DNA of 26,402 nucleotides from a virus (Duplodnaviria; Heunggongvirae; Uroviricota; Caudoviricetes): IMG/VR virus record IMGVR_UViG_2541047828_000003, positions 1 to 26,402 of that record; one strand, 5' to 3'. Shown piece by piece: positions 25,992 to 26,402 of this stretch (position 1 is its first letter; each line of letters starts with the position of its first letter). The notes under the pieces were generated by a model. It saw only the letters and a program-made list of their open reading frames with translations, ran no database searches and was not told where the DNA came from. The position numbers and the translations under genes were made by a program.

Positions 25992-26402
25992 TTAAGCCAA
26001 TTGCTGCCGCCATTCCTTGACGTGGTCAATCAGGGCGCGGAGCTTTGGTGCAATATTGCGACGCTGTGGGAAATACAGATAGAAGCCTGGAAATTGTGGA
26101 AGAAAGTCATCAAGCAGCGATACAAGCTTACCGCTTTCAATATATGGCCTGAAAGTTTCCTGAGTGGCAATTGTTATTCCTTCACCGACAAGAGCCAGCT
26201 GCAACATCAGACGCAGATCATTAGTCGTAATCTGCGGTTCAATCGCAAGGTCGAAAGTTCTCCCGTTTTCTTCAAATGGCCAGCGATAAGGCGCAACCTC
26301 CGGGGACTGACGCCAGCCGATACACTTATGGGTATTTCCCCCGGAGGCGAGAAAGCGCTCTCCACGCCCGGCCGCAAGGATCAGGACGACGGGGGCAGGC
26401 AT
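25992..26402 (-). CDS. LysR-family transcriptional regulator, C-terminal substrate-binding part; gene continues beyond window end
   Basis: C-terminal layout '...GEGITIATQETFRPYIESGKLVSLLDDFLPQFPGFYLYFPQRR...LRALIDHV' typical of LysR effector domains; GC and codon usage look chromosomal. Confidence 0.65.
   Translation of the reverse strand: MPAPVVLILAAGRGERFLASGGNTHKCIGWRQSPEVAPYRWPFEENGRTFDLAIEPQITTNDLRLMLQLALVGEGITIATQETFRPYIESGKLVSLLDDFLPQFPGFYLYFPQRRNIAPKLRALIDHVKEWRQQLA

Overview
Read from sequence only, with no database searches run. The window appears to hold three units. (1) Positions 1-~8078: the right-hand part of a low-GC (AT-rich) integrative element with about ten Shine-Dalgarno-supported genes of unknown function in three transcription units, ending in a minus-strand tyrosine integrase (6657-8021). 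(2) Positions ~8079-25867: a ~17.8 kb P4-family satellite-like island with a P4-type integrase, an AlpA-family regulator, a KilA-C-type antirepressor-like gene, a run of small translationally coupled genes, a P4 alpha-like primase-helicase and an iteron origin. Downstream of the origin it carries a self-contained cargo operon (17923-22759) whose gene sizes, order and composition resemble the P22-type ejection-protein set gp14-gp7-gp20-gp16, then a convergent AT-rich membrane-protein gene, a decayed segment, a second AlpA-family gene, an inverted second copy of the iteron origin and a PerC-like regulator. The island is bracketed by near-identical 18-19 bp direct repeats and a shared 21-bp arm-type motif. 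(3) Positions 25992-26402: the 3' part of a minus-strand LysR-family regulator gene running off the window edge, presumably chromosomal flank. No rRNA, tRNA, CRISPR array or transposase was recognised. Functional calls are from remembered family motifs and gene-size/order logic and need HMM or BLAST confirmation.
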